NCBI RefSeq assembly: GCF_018350175.1 | Contig: NC_058382.1 | Span: 53,880,001 to 53,944,000, forward strand | Source: Felis catus | Taxonomy: Eukaryota | Reading direction: 5' to 3' | Length of the DNA stretch: 64,000 nucleotides | Shown: piece by piece, positions 36,900-49,017 of the stretch | Layout: each line of letters opens with the position of its first letter | Numbering within the stretch: position 1 is the stretch's first letter | Program-made: the position numbers and the translations under genes | The notes under the pieces: generated by a model | What the model saw: only the letters and a program-made list of their open reading frames with translations | Told to the model about the DNA's origin: nothing | Databases searched by the model: none

Positions 36900-37270
36900 G
36901 TAGCACCATCACCACGTTTGTCATATCCGTTTACAACCTGCACTGTTCGTTCCTTGTTTTTAATTTACTACTCTAGCCTTTCCCTTAATCATGTTATGTA
37001 AGATGCTTCAAATACCACTGTGAGTGTGAAACCACTACTATTTGCCATCTATAAAAAGAAGACGTGAAGACATGATAAAACAAAAGCCATACTGTTAAAT
37101 TCTAGTTATATACCACCCCCTGTCTAGCGTTCTGAGCCTCAGGCCTGATTTCTCTTTGTTAACAAGCATTAGAGAGGTGTGGAAGTCCTATTAGCACCAA
37201 ATGGTGATATTCTCCTTCAGATAATTAGGACTGAAAAAGACTTGAAAAGGAAGTGACTTCCTCTCTAGGA
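36900..37270. mobile_element. Second copy of MER113-like DNA transposon remnant
   Basis: ctgttaaattctagtt...ctgagcctcaggcctgatttctctttgttaa...ttagcaccaaa; similar to 31690-31770 and 32215-32300. Confidence 0.5.
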
Positions 37271-38778
37271 GAAAGAGTATACAAAGAAGGCTTATCGGCA
37301 TAACTTAAAACATCTTCCATGCCAAATAACACTAAGCCCCACTTCACTGAGCCTTCTAGAAAATGACATAATCGAGGTGTCCGGTGGTGATGATGGTGAA
37401 GGTGAGTTATCCATTACTGACCTCTTGCTATGTAACAGACTTTAAGCTGAGCACTCCACTTATATCACCTCTAATTGCAGGGAAGGGAAGAGAAGCTTGG
37501 AGAACTATTACACTTGGCCTCCATCTCGTATTGATCACGGAGCCAGGATCTGACCCTAAATCTTGCTGATTCCAGAGACCTTATTAAGAATACACACGTC
37601 AAGGTTTGCACCAAGGTTTGGTTTCCTTCTTTTCCTCATCGCTTTGTGGGAGGATTGAGTCACATTACATCCACAAAACACCTGACCCACATCCAGCTGC
37701 TGGTATGCTCATGCAAGATGGTGGGTCCCGTCCTTCCTACGATGATGGGCTTGTGACATGTTCAAGATCTCCACATTCCCTGAAGAGACGCCCGTAAGTG
37801 AGTCTTCTCTTCAAAGTATTCCCAAAGCAGAGGCCTCTTTAGCCGCAAAACAAAGTAAGGCCACGTGTTATACACAGAGTTTTTATCATTACTCATATGC
37901 CCCTTAGTCCTCTGACCCCCCGTCTATGGCTAAAATAAATGGAGAAACATTAACTTGGCTCCCAGCTGATAAGATGTTGTTTTCCTTCTCATTGACCTCC
38001 TCAAGATAACAGTTTTGAACTTTGATAAGGCGTTTCTTCAGTTCTTAGTTCTATACTAAGAGTTGACAAGAAGTCACTGGAATCAAATTCTGAAATTAGA
38101 AAAGGAGGCAGAGGACACATAAAGACACTGGGTTTTCTGCACAATTGATTTTAGAATGAATGGGAAGGCAAGACAGAGAGAGCGTGACAGACCCCACAGA
38201 CCCCTGGCTTCCAACTCAAAGTACTCTGCCTGACAACCTGTATGTCCCTCATGTTCCTGATCCTAAGACTGCCACAGACCTCCCAGAGCTGAGGCTGGCT
38301 GGGGAGACAGTCCACTACCAGTGCCTGAGGTCGTGAAAGCTATTACCAGGGACAAGATGCTCAGCCTCAGTGGGTCTACGATGGGAGACAGACCTATCTT
38401 CTACCTGTCACATCAGTATAATGATGGCACTAACAACAGTTTTGATATTAATAGTAATGACACAATTTTTGAAATTAGATGAACTACACCTGAAAAATGT
38501 CCTCACAGTCTCTAAGTAATTCTATAAATGTTAGGGATTAATGTCCCCCATCCCAGAAGGGGCTGTTACCGAGAGGCTGAGGCAAGGAGCGGTTATTCAC
38601 CCACAGTCGGTACACACGAGGCACCTGCTGTGTGCATGTTTCACATCAGGTCACCGCCCAACATGGTGTGATTTTTCACTCTCACTATGCAAATGTGGGA
38701 ACCGAGGCTCAGGAAAGTTAAATATCTTACTCAAGGTCACATGACCGGTAGGTAGGAAAGCCAGTACTCAAACCCAAA

Positions 38779-39145
38779 TGTTATGGGCTAAATTGTGTTG
38801 CCCACTCCCCCAAATTCATATGTTGCACTCCTAACCCAGGTACTTCAGAATGTGACTGTATTCAGAGACGGGGTTTTTAAGAGGTGACCAAAGTAAAGTG
38901 AGGTCGTTAGGGTGGGCCCTAAATCAGTAGGACTGGTGTCCTTGTAAGAAGAGATTAGGACACAGAAACCCTCTGAGACCGAGTGGCCGCCATCTGCGAG
39001 CCAAGGAGAGAAGGCTCAGATGGTACGCACTTTGCTGACACCCTGATCTTGAACTTCCGGCCTCCAGGACTGTGAGAAAATAAACGTCTGTCGTTTAAAC
39101 CACCCAGCGTATGGCGTGCTGTCATGGCAGCCGTAGCACACCAGC
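38779..39145 (+). mobile_element. MaLR solo LTR, MLT1B-like
   Basis: tgttatgggctaaattgtg...tcagaatgtgactgtatt...ggtgggccctaaatc...cctccaggactgtgagaaaataaac. Confidence 0.9.
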
Positions 39146-39973
39146 TCTCTCGTTTCATGTCTCGTGTGCATGTCACTAGGCCACCCTATCAGGATGTGTG
39201 TGTGTTTGCTTACGGTCTGGTATAAAATCCACTCCAAGCACCACACGTCATAGCTTCTCTGAATCCACAGAGTGTACACATCCCCATTCTCGTCGATTTC
39301 CACTGGGGCAAAGTCACAGGCTCCGATGGTCCTTTTTGGGTTCATTCGCTCAGTGAGCCGTGTACGGTCTGCATCAGAACCAGTAGTCACCCGTAGAGGC
39401 CCGGTCTCCGGCCACAGGGAACTCACAGTGTAGCACCAACTATTCCTTGTCAAACATCACAAACCGCTGATAATGCTCCTTCCCCCTGAGCCTGCTGCCA
39501 GCCTCAGAAACCTTCTTAACTCTGGACCGTAGGAAGCTGCTACGGGACGACTGTACTTCACACATGACACTGAACCCACCCCCCCACCCCCACCCCCCCC
39601 ACCGTGTAGGACAGGGCAGAGCTCTCACTGCCAGGCCTGCCTCATCCATCCCTCTGACCTCGCGACCACACAGATTTGCCCAGTAAAACCCAGCAAAGGT
39701 GGAACTCCAAGGTCGAACCGCCCCAAGCCTCAAAATCTCTGCTTCTGCATTTCCTAAAGCCACTTTGAAGCTAACAAAAATATCCAGGTGGAACACTGGA
39801 TTGGGAAATTAGTTAATCTGACTGGCTGGACCACAAGAAACGAGGAGACAGGGGAAGATGAGGAATTGTAAACAGGTAGCAAAGAGCCCTCTTCTCTTTT
39901 TCCCTTCTGACTGGGTGCACTGACCCTTCTCAACACCTCATGTTCCCAAGAACTCAAATCTCTGTACATCGAG

Positions 39974-40493
39974 TGTTCTAGTCACCTGTTGCTATATGCC
40001 AAACTGCCTCGACATTTTAAATAAAAGGCCATTTGCCTTTGTTCACAATTTTGTGGATAAGAAATTCAAGACGGATTTAGTTGGGTGAGTCATCTCTTAC
40101 ATGGAACAATCCCGCCAGGGGGCTGGAGGGTCTGTCCCAAGGTAGTCTCTTTACTCACAGCCTGGAGCCTGGGCTGGGAGGCTGGCTGTCGAAGCCAGCT
40201 GTTGACATGGGGTCTGTTAAACCGACCGCCTGCATACGATCTCTCCTTAGGGCTTAGCGCCTGGGTTCCCAGAGGACATATCCGCAGAGCAAGTGTTCTA
40301 AGAGGTCCGGGATGAAGCCGCAAGGCTTTTTATGACCCGGCCTTCGGTGTCCCTGAATATCATTTTTGTTGCCTTCTACTGGTTAAGCAAGTCGTGAGGC
40401 CACTCAGATTCAAGGGAAGGGGAGTAAGATTCTCCCCACTCATGGGAGGAATATACCAGAATAAATGCAGTCCTCTTGAATCTACCCACCACA
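39974..40493 (-). mobile_element. MaLR solo LTR (MLT1F/G/H-like)
   Basis: ttgttcacaattttgtggataagaaattc...ggctggaggg...caaggctttttatgacc...cagattcaagggaagggg. Confidence 0.75.
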
Positions 40494-41942
40494 CGCTCGA
40501 ATGTGCTTCGGGAAAAGGTTCCCAAATCAAAGGAGTGAAGGCATGACCCCAAAGTCCCGTGAACCAGGTCCTATGTGAGTTTTAAAGTTTTTAATCAGCA
40601 CGTGAACACTCAGTCAGTTGCTTTAGCAACAGCCTAGAACCACGACCGGAAGGTTTATTCAGAAAGTTGCTGGGGGATTAAATCCAACAGATAGGAAGGC
40701 CCAGACATCCTGGGTTATGTGAAGGCAGAATTTCACCCCCGACCAACCACAGGATTGCCTTTTTCGCCCCAACTCCTTGATCGGAGGAAGAGGGATGGTG
40801 CTGGTGAAAACCTGTACGGCCCCCACCCACCAAACAGGCACCGAGATTAGGCTCTGCAGGAGCCATTAGGAGGCAGCAAACTGGAGGATTCTGGGCACAA
40901 CGTGGGCCTCGAACACAGAGCACACGTACATGCGGGTCTGAAATCCTTAAGAAGAATTCAGGATTAAGAGCACACGGTAAAAAAAAAAAAAAAAAAAAAA
41001 AAACAACCCACCAGAAGACTTCACCATGTGTCTAAGCATTACAGAGCTCCGAGAGGAGACCTCTTGAAAATGCAGTCGGAGGAAATGAAACATAAGGGCA
41101 CTGTGTTCAGACTCCATACTGGGACTGAGCATGGCAAATGGAAACACCCGGGCCCTCCCAGCTTCCCTGCGGCATCAGTAGGGAAGGGGCCCACTCACCA
41201 CGCTCAGCAGCTTTCTGTTGATTGGCCGCAAATCCTAAAAGAATTTACTGTTGAGGACACAAACACCACGGACGACGTACCACACCCAGGCCCTTGCCTC
41301 CTTGTGGCGGTGCAGGAAAGAGGGGGGACACCCTGGCACTGTCAGGCAGCCCCCGTCGGTGGACTCGGCACAGGGCCATCGTGATGTGAGTGAGGCTTCG
41401 GGGCCCCGGGACTCTGGCCTGGCCCCGTCGCCCTGGCGGTGAACGAAAAGGACCGTGGGTCAGCACAGAAGCAGAAGAGAAGGGGGAGGGGGCTAACACA
41501 CCATGCCTTGGAAACATAAAGTCAGATTCGAGGTGACATGGGGGCCACAGGGAGAGATCCGGGCCTTGGCCGGAGCAGTGGCAAGGAGCTGACAGGTTGA
41601 AAGGCTGAACAATGTCGATGCTTGGTGAGTCTCCTCTTCCCCCTTGACCTCCGCACCCTGCCCTCCCGCCCCTGCAAGTGCATTCCTCTCCTTCCTCTCC
41701 GGGCCCACCACTCAGGCTCCCAGAGCTTTGAAGTAACGTTCCCAACACCAACCAAACACTGGTCAGCAGTTTGCAGCCCCGCCTCAGCATCCAGGGGCAT
41801 CAAATGACAGGACAAAGAAGTGGGGTTTTTCTCCCTCTCTTTTTTCATGACCCTGAATCCTCACTCGCCCCAGGGTTTTCTGCCACTAATCACTGAAGGA
41901 AAAAGGTGAATCCAATAATTCAATGATCAACTCTGGAAATTT

Positions 41943-42692
41943 TGTTTTGTTTTGTTTTGTTTTTCAATATATGAAATTGATTGTCAAATTGGTTTCCATA
42001 CAACACCCAGTGCTCATCCCAAAAGGTGCCCTCCTCAATACCCATCACCCACCCTCCCCTCCCTCCCACCCCCCATCAGCCCTCAGTTTGTTCTCAGTTT
42101 TTAAGAGTCTCTTATGCTTTGTCTCTCTCCCACTCTAACCTCTCTTTTTTTTTTTTTTTCCTTCCCCTCCCCCATGGGTTCCTGTTAAGTTTCTCAGGAT
42201 CCACATAAGAGTGAAACCATATGGTATCTGTCTTTCTCTGTATGGCTTATTTCACTTAGCATCACACTCTCCAGTTCCATCCACGTTGCTACAAAGGGCC
42301 ATATTTCGTTCTTTCTCATTGCCACGTAGTACTCCATTGTGTATATAAACCACAATTTCTTTATCCATTCATCAGTTGATGGACATTTAGGCTCTTTCCA
42401 TAATTTGGCTATTGTTGAGAGTGCTGCTACAAACATTGGGGTCCAAGTGCCCCTACGCATCAGTACTCCCGTATCCCTTGGGTAAATTCCTAGCGGTGCT
42501 ACTGCTGGGTGATAGGGTAGGTCTATTTTTAATTTTTTGAGGAACCTCTGCACTGTTTTCCAGAGTGGCTGCACCAGTTTGCATTCCCACCAACAGTGCA
42601 AGAGGGTTCCCGTTTCTCCACATCCTCTCCAGCATCTATAGTCTCCTGATTTGTTCATTTTGGCCACTCTGACTGGCGTGAGGTGATATCTG
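41943..42692 (-). mobile_element. Young 5'-truncated carnivore LINE-1 (750 bp)
   Basis: Perfect 16-bp TSD tcaactctggaaattt (41927-41942, 42693-42708); (AAAAC)n tail; L1 3' UTR; ORF2 C-terminal frame. Confidence 0.97.
42194..42690 (-). pseudogene. L1 ORF2p C-terminal fragment (Cys-rich domain), not a host gene
   Basis: [27 protein letters not shown]...KCPSTDEWIKKLWFIYTMEYY...WMELESVMLSEIS is the canonical L1 ORF2p C-terminus. Confidence 0.95.
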
Positions 42693-44069
42693 TCAACTCT
42701 GGAAATTTAAGTCTGTCTGTTTCTTTCTCTTTCCTTCCTCCCCTGCCCCCTTTCGAAGAAAGTTCTCGCTATGATCTTCTCATCTGTGCACATTGATTTA
42801 TTAATAGCCCTTCGCAGCCATTAGCCCAGCCCTGGATCTAAGGGGGGGAGGGGTGCTTTCAAGCAGCAGCAATACCTTGATGCCGGAAGAAAACGTGGGG
42901 CTGAGGGGGCAGTGTAACAGGACCCATGGTTCTACCTCCCATCCCCGCTCCTGCACCCACGGCTCTGCCAGGGGCGTGGAGAAGAAGGCACTTCTCAGGA
43001 AAGGCAAAACCCTAACAATAGACACAAACAGGGGAGGGAGGCAGGAACCCAAGACCCCGGAAAGCCCACAATTGCAAACAGGGAGTTTATCTCCGCGTAA
43101 CTTTGGGCAAGTTTTGCTTGGCTTGACAGAAAGGACAGACAAGCATAGGCTCCCGAGTCATGCGGGACTGTGTTCAACTCCTGTATTTGTCACTTACAAG
43201 TGTGAGCCTAAACCGGTTACTTAACCTGTAAGAGGGAGATGGTGGTAATTACACTGTGAGGCTGATGAGGGATTAAATGAACAGGCACGTGGACAAGCCC
43301 CTGTCGCAGGGCTGGACATACAGCGGGGTCTCAAGAAACACTGGTTTCCATGACAGGCAATCTACACCCGTGGAGGTACCATCCCATAATCTGCACCCAT
43401 CTACCTCTCCAAAAATATTACAGCCAGGCAGCAAGCTCCCAGTTTCTGCTGTCCCTGCAACTTCATTTATTCAATCATTTAACCTTCCCTTCATTCCTTC
43501 CTTCCTTCCTTCATCTGTCAGCATTTACTGAATGCACAGTCCAGGCCAAGTCCACTCAGAGAGGCCAACAGAGATCTCAATAAGAACAAATGCTGGTTTT
43601 GTTCTTCTCGGGGAATCTGGATCTTCTAAAACAACGAGTAGCTGAAACGTGAGTAAGTTTTCCTATGACCTCATTCTGCCTTTATTATCATGGGCAGCAT
43701 TTGCTATGTTTTAATCATTACCTAACGAAGCTCTACAGTGTTTCACAGCCCATAATCTACTTTCACATTTCATAAAAGCACAGTGAGCCAGAGATTAAAG
43801 GGCCAACAAAGGGTGTATCACAAGCTCGTCTTGCTTTGTTTCTGACCAGTGACCTGCACCAGGGGCGGCACAATAGGGGCACCAGGGGGAGTGCGTGGAG
43901 GCATTCTCTCCGCTGAGAGCAGGGTGGAGCTTGGTGTGTTTTCTGAAAAGCGCATCTGGGACTATTTTGAACCGCAGGTTTCAGACTCTGCAGCCTTTCC
44001 CAGCCAGGCGCACGGATGCAGCCTTGCAGGTTACACACGGCACAACTTTACATTACATCACATAGGTGA

Positions 44070-44137
44070 TGACGCAAATGGCGATCCCTGATGTCGTATA
44101 GTGCACAGCCTGCACAGGTGTACCCCTGCAGCTGTGG
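44070..44137 (-). mobile_element. MER91-like hAT-Tip100 fragment
   Basis: aatggcgatccctgatgtcgtatagtgcacagcctgcacaggtgta resembles the reverse complement of MER91A. Confidence 0.5.
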
Positions 44138-44700
44138 CACCCCTATTCTCGGCGGACGTGAACAGGGTTGGTTCAAGTCCAAAACCTGAGAGGAACCACC
44201 GGGCCACACTGCCCCTCGCTGAACAGCATCGGTGTCAGACACTGGTCGGTCCAGTTTTTCTCGCGGCAGTTAAGCAAACCGTGACTGAAATTCTTCATCG
44301 GTAAAGAGCGAAATGAGCCCCGAGGGCTCCTGAGGAATTACCAAGGGGAGGCCCGCAAGGAGCTCCGTGCTGTGCCTAGAACACAGTGGGCACTCGCTCC
44401 CTGCTGGCCGACAGTCTCGGCTGAGCACAGGCACGTCAAAAAAAAAGAAAGCAGCCACTCAGGACCGAAACCTGGCTCCATCCGTTGGGAGCTGGGTAAC
44501 CTGTGCGTCCTTGGTTGTCTCCTCCGGAAAATGTCTCCAATTATACTTCCTCAAAGGATTTTTGGGAGGCCTCAATATGAGCATATCCAGGACACGGGAC
44601 CCACGGTAAATCGTTTCTTCTTCTTCTTCTTCTCCTCCTCCTCAACAGCAGAAGTCAGGGGTGAGCAGAGGTGCTGGAATCACATTCGAAGCTCATGCTT

Positions 44701-44883
44701 AGGGCGCCTGCAGGGCTCAGTTGGTTAAGCGTCTGACTCTTGATTTCAGCTCAGGCTGTGATGTCACAGTTTCATGGGATCAAGCCCTGCATCAGGCTCT
44801 GCGCAGAGAGCACGGAACCTACTTAGGATGCTCTCTCTCTCTGTCTCAAAGTAAATAAATAAACCAAAAAATAAATAAATAAA
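44701..44883 (+). mobile_element. Can-SINE (gactcttgatttc subfamily)
   Basis: agggcgcctgcagggctcagttggttaagcgtctgactcttgatttcagctcagg; TSD aagct(c/g)atgc. Confidence 0.93.
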
Positions 44884-45546
44884 AAGCTGATGCCAGGGCT
44901 ACCAAAGTTTACTGGGGCTCTGCCATGTATTAATCTTTGTAATGGGCTCTGGGGATAGAAAAAGGTCTATCCATTAAGACCTGCACTGTTGCAAATCATC
45001 AGCTGAAAAACTCAATGCTCCTTTTTCTTTTTCCCCAGTTCATTGCACTTCCGATTAATAAAAATTAATTACTAGAAAACGATATAACTAGAACAGTGAC
45101 GTGAAATGCACGCTATAATGCCAAACTTTGATGACTGTTACCACCGAGAGTCCGTAGGCGAAGGATGACAGTGTCATATTGCCATAAATGTAATCAAACA
45201 CCAGCTCTCCACTTCTGTGCTTCCCTTACCTTGGAGAGTAAGTGCCCAGCAGTTTGCAGACTGGCAAACCAACAATGGAGCACACCTTCAGTCAAGTGTG
45301 ATCAAAGACAAGCGGCTGGCAAGCCTGTCTAGGGTGTATGCCTGTGTGAAGAAGTGGACCTTGTTATTTCTGAGGCCGCCGCACACTTTAAGGTTTCCAC
45401 CTTCTTGCTTTCTCTCCCAGGTTCCAGGTCCCTCACGGAGACTGTCTATACCTCCCCTGGCCTCAGATAAACTCTTACTAAGTACCCACCAATAAACGCA
45501 CCGAATGTCCGGGCATGACGTGGGCAATTAAGAAAGCAACTCCCAG

Positions 45547-45763
45547 GGGGCACCTGGGGGGCTCGGTCCGTTGAGCGGCTGACTCTTGATTTCAGCTCAG
45601 GTCATGATCTCACGGTTGTGGGATCGAGCCGCACGTCAGGGTCTGCACTGGGAGTACAGACCCTGCTTCGGATTCTCTCTCCCCCTCTCTCTCTTTGCCC
45701 CTCTCCTGCTCTCTCTCTCCCTCTCTCAAAATAAATAAAAAAATAAACTTAAAAAAAGAAAGG
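45547..45763 (+). mobile_element. Can-SINE (gactcttgatttc subfamily)
   Basis: ggggcacctggggggctcggtccgttgagcggctgactcttgatttcagctcaggtcatgatctc; CT-rich region; A tail. Confidence 0.93.
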
Positions 45764-47188
45764 AAGAAAGTAGCCTCTCCCCAAGCCGTGACCCTCTGAC
45801 CCTCTGCCTTCTCACACTGCAGGGTTAACGCCCCATAGCAGATAAGTATAGAATCCTTCAAAAACGATCAAAAGCCCACCTTCCACCTCTATATACTCCC
45901 AGCCCCCCACACACGATCACAGCGGAGCGTGAGTTGGCCACTCCTAAAAGTTCAAGTTTGCCACATGGGAGTGGCTAGATGTGAGGGAGTTCAGGGCAAA
46001 GGCTGTCTCCTAAAAACCAACCCTGATGGTCACCAGACCTTCCAACCCAGTGAGGAGGGTTTCTCTTTAAAAGGAGATAATTGTACTCTTCTAAGATGAT
46101 AAAAAAAAAATCTACCTCTTTCTGAAAGGAAGCCAGTCACTGCTTTTAATAAACTCTTTGGCTACAAAGATGAAACAGGCAGACAACAACAACAAAGAAG
46201 ATATTATTAACGTAATTTTATGTAATTAGATAGAGGGGTAATATTTATTTTAATATTACAGAGGAAATATCCCACAATGCAGACCCTGGATTAATTCTTT
46301 ATATCTTTGGGCTGTACTTATCAAATAAAACTGTACTTATGGAAAAAGCAACCACATAAATCTTGCCCCATTGTCAGCTGGCAACTCCCAGCAAGGGCTA
46401 ATTGTATTATATATCTTCTGCAGCCATGCCTAGTGGTTGTCAGGCCCAAATGCATTGTTATTTATTATATGAACAAATGCAATTTCCTTCTTGGAATCTC
46501 AGTTTGGAATTCCGCGATGGCCTACAACGCGCCCCCCTCTTCTATTCGGGCAGGAAAAGCAAGACCCCGGGGAGTGTGATCTGTTGTGGAATTCTCCCGA
46601 GAAAAACAGAATCTAAGTTTCCCTTGAGAGACATCAAATCAAATCTACAAGGAGTGGCCTCTGAAGGGCCATTAGGATGGAGGTGAACTTCTAATCCTCC
46701 TCTTCGAAATGTTTCTCTCCCCCAAGGGCAGGACCTGCTATGGATTTGCCGGAACGGGAAGCAGTGTCTGACCTAGCCCTGTTGGTTGGTAGCCGGGGTC
46801 ACCGTGCACGCGAGCGCCACGTTACAGGTCTGGTTCCCTGTCATTTTCACTCTGCCTCTCCCTCTTCCTCTCTCCTTCTGTCCTTCTTGGGGGCCCAGGC
46901 TAGCCCCACACTGGAGGCCGCCTGATGACCACCTTGCACTTCCCGATTTCACTTGTCAGCCGGAACCAGGGCTACTCCCCTGTAGCAGGCTAGAGCAAGC
47001 AAATTTGTTCCTGCTCTCCGCGTCCATTATCCCAGGACTTGTGGGTATGCCACACCGGCCTGGAACAAGGTTAAGCCTAACTGTGTTAGTCAGATAGATT
47101 TCTGCACACTCCGCCTCACCATATTCCCCTGCATTGAGGTTTGGGCACAAATATCAGTTACTGTAATGTTCGGTTTGTCGCAATCTTT

Positions 47189-47304
47189 TATGTATGCATA
47201 TGTGTGTGTACGTGTGTGTGTGTACACGTGTGTGTATACACATGTATGTATATATGCACATGTATATACATATATACACACACACACACACATACACACA
47301 TATA
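47189..47304. repeat. 116-bp alternating pyrimidine-purine tract (TG/TA/CA mix)
   Basis: Unbroken YR alternation, directly visible. Confidence 0.95.
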
Positions 47305-48852
47305 AAAATCACAGAACATATAAGTAGGCAAATGATGAAGCAGAATTTGGACAACCCTAGTTTCCTGCCAAAAGGACATTTAGTAACAATAAAAACACTA
47401 ATACAGAGCTATTCCCCTGCTCTGGTTCAACTGAATACAATCTGAGCGTCTCTTATGCACAAGACACTAGGTTAGGCAGTTTCCACATACAACATTCTGA
47501 AACCATAGTGGTCACTGTGATAATTCGACTTCATCCCCCACCCTTCTTAAATGTGGTGAAGAGGAGACTGCAAGTTTGACAGCTACTCACTCACACAGCT
47601 GGGACTTGAAACCTGACTTCCCACTTCCTTCCCAAGACTCCTTCCCCGGTCCAACCATTTCCTGGAAACAGAGGCCCTGGGTAGGATAGACAATGAGTCC
47701 AGGCTAGCTTGGTATTTTTTTTAAATGAAGTTTTAAATTCATTCCTCTATCAAATCAAGACCGGGGGGGTGGGGGGGAGGACAAAGAAGCAAACCCAATC
47801 CTTCCCAGGATTCTACACACTCAGTAAGAATTCCACAGTGGACCATTCTGCTGGGGGCAGAGTGCTTCTCCTCTCTCCTTCATGAATCCAATTAAAATCA
47901 AAGCACACACAAGAGGAAGTCAAAGCCAGAGTCAGAGGCAGAGAGAGCGTAGTGATGCCTCCAGGACAGAAAGTCAGCTGGTCAATTCCTCCCACCAAGC
48001 TGTCTGCCCATTCTTAAATGTAACCCATCATCCAGAAAACCAAGCTGACCACACTGCTCACACAAGTTACACGTGTGTAACTTACCTCCTCCAATTCTAG
48101 CAAAATGTCCTCCCTAGCACCTGGAGTTAGGGACTTATCTAGAAAAATAAATGGATTACAGAATGACATGTGTCTTGAATATCTGGCTGAGGAGGCGTTT
48201 GTTGTTTGTTTCCAGTGGGCCGTGGAGATCCAACTAAAGGCCGGAGACAAAGGTACCGGAAAAGAGAAAGGAGATCATTTTTCTGACGGCTTACCATCGT
48301 CTAGTTCCTGAACATAGCACATCCCATGAGAGGCAATCGTACACTCTTTGGTTGAAAAATCCACACGTTATTTCTGCAAAGTTTGGGAGGACTCTGCAGA
48401 AGTCCTGGGACAAAGAACAACCAAAGGACAGCTAGTGGTTACATAAGAAAAGTAGGAAATGGGACTCTGTATCAAACTTGAAGAGATGTAACCTTCAAGG
48501 ATCCCAGGGCCACAAAATTCATAGGGCATCCCAGATAAGCCATGACTGATTTCCACCGTACTGATCAGCACCTTGGACCTTGTTCCCTTCCATTCATAAA
48601 AACAGTGCTATCAGTGAATGAGCTCACCACCCAAGATAATCATAAATTCCTTGGCAGTTAAGTTAAATCATTGTTGAACTCAATTCACTGAACCCTGGGG
48701 AATATTAACGCATTCTTCCAGGCCCAGAGAGGTACCTAGATGTCCCTGACCCTCCCGAGATGAGGACGATAGAAACTCCCATTTAGTGGCCAACAACATT
48801 CACTGGGTTGACGATCTCCTAAGAGGAACGGTCAGAATCCTGCAGAGAAAAT

Positions 48853-49017
48853 CAGGACCGGCTCCATTATTGTAGGACCCAATGAAAAATCAAAACATGG
48901 GACTTCTTGTTCAAAAATTATTAATAATTTTTTAAGATGTCAACAGCGGAGCATTAAACCAAGTGCAAGGCCCCTCCAAGCATGGGGACCAGGCCACAGG
49001 TTCACAGGCGTGGCCCT
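48853..49017 (-). mobile_element. MER45A-type hAT-Tip100 MITE
   Basis: caggaccggct...ttgttcaaaaattattaa...cagcggagcattaaaccaagtgc...ggccct. Confidence 0.85.

Noticed and set aside
42194..42667. 157-aa ORF as a host gene
   Set aside because: It is the L1 ORF2p C-terminus inside a TSD-bounded truncated L1
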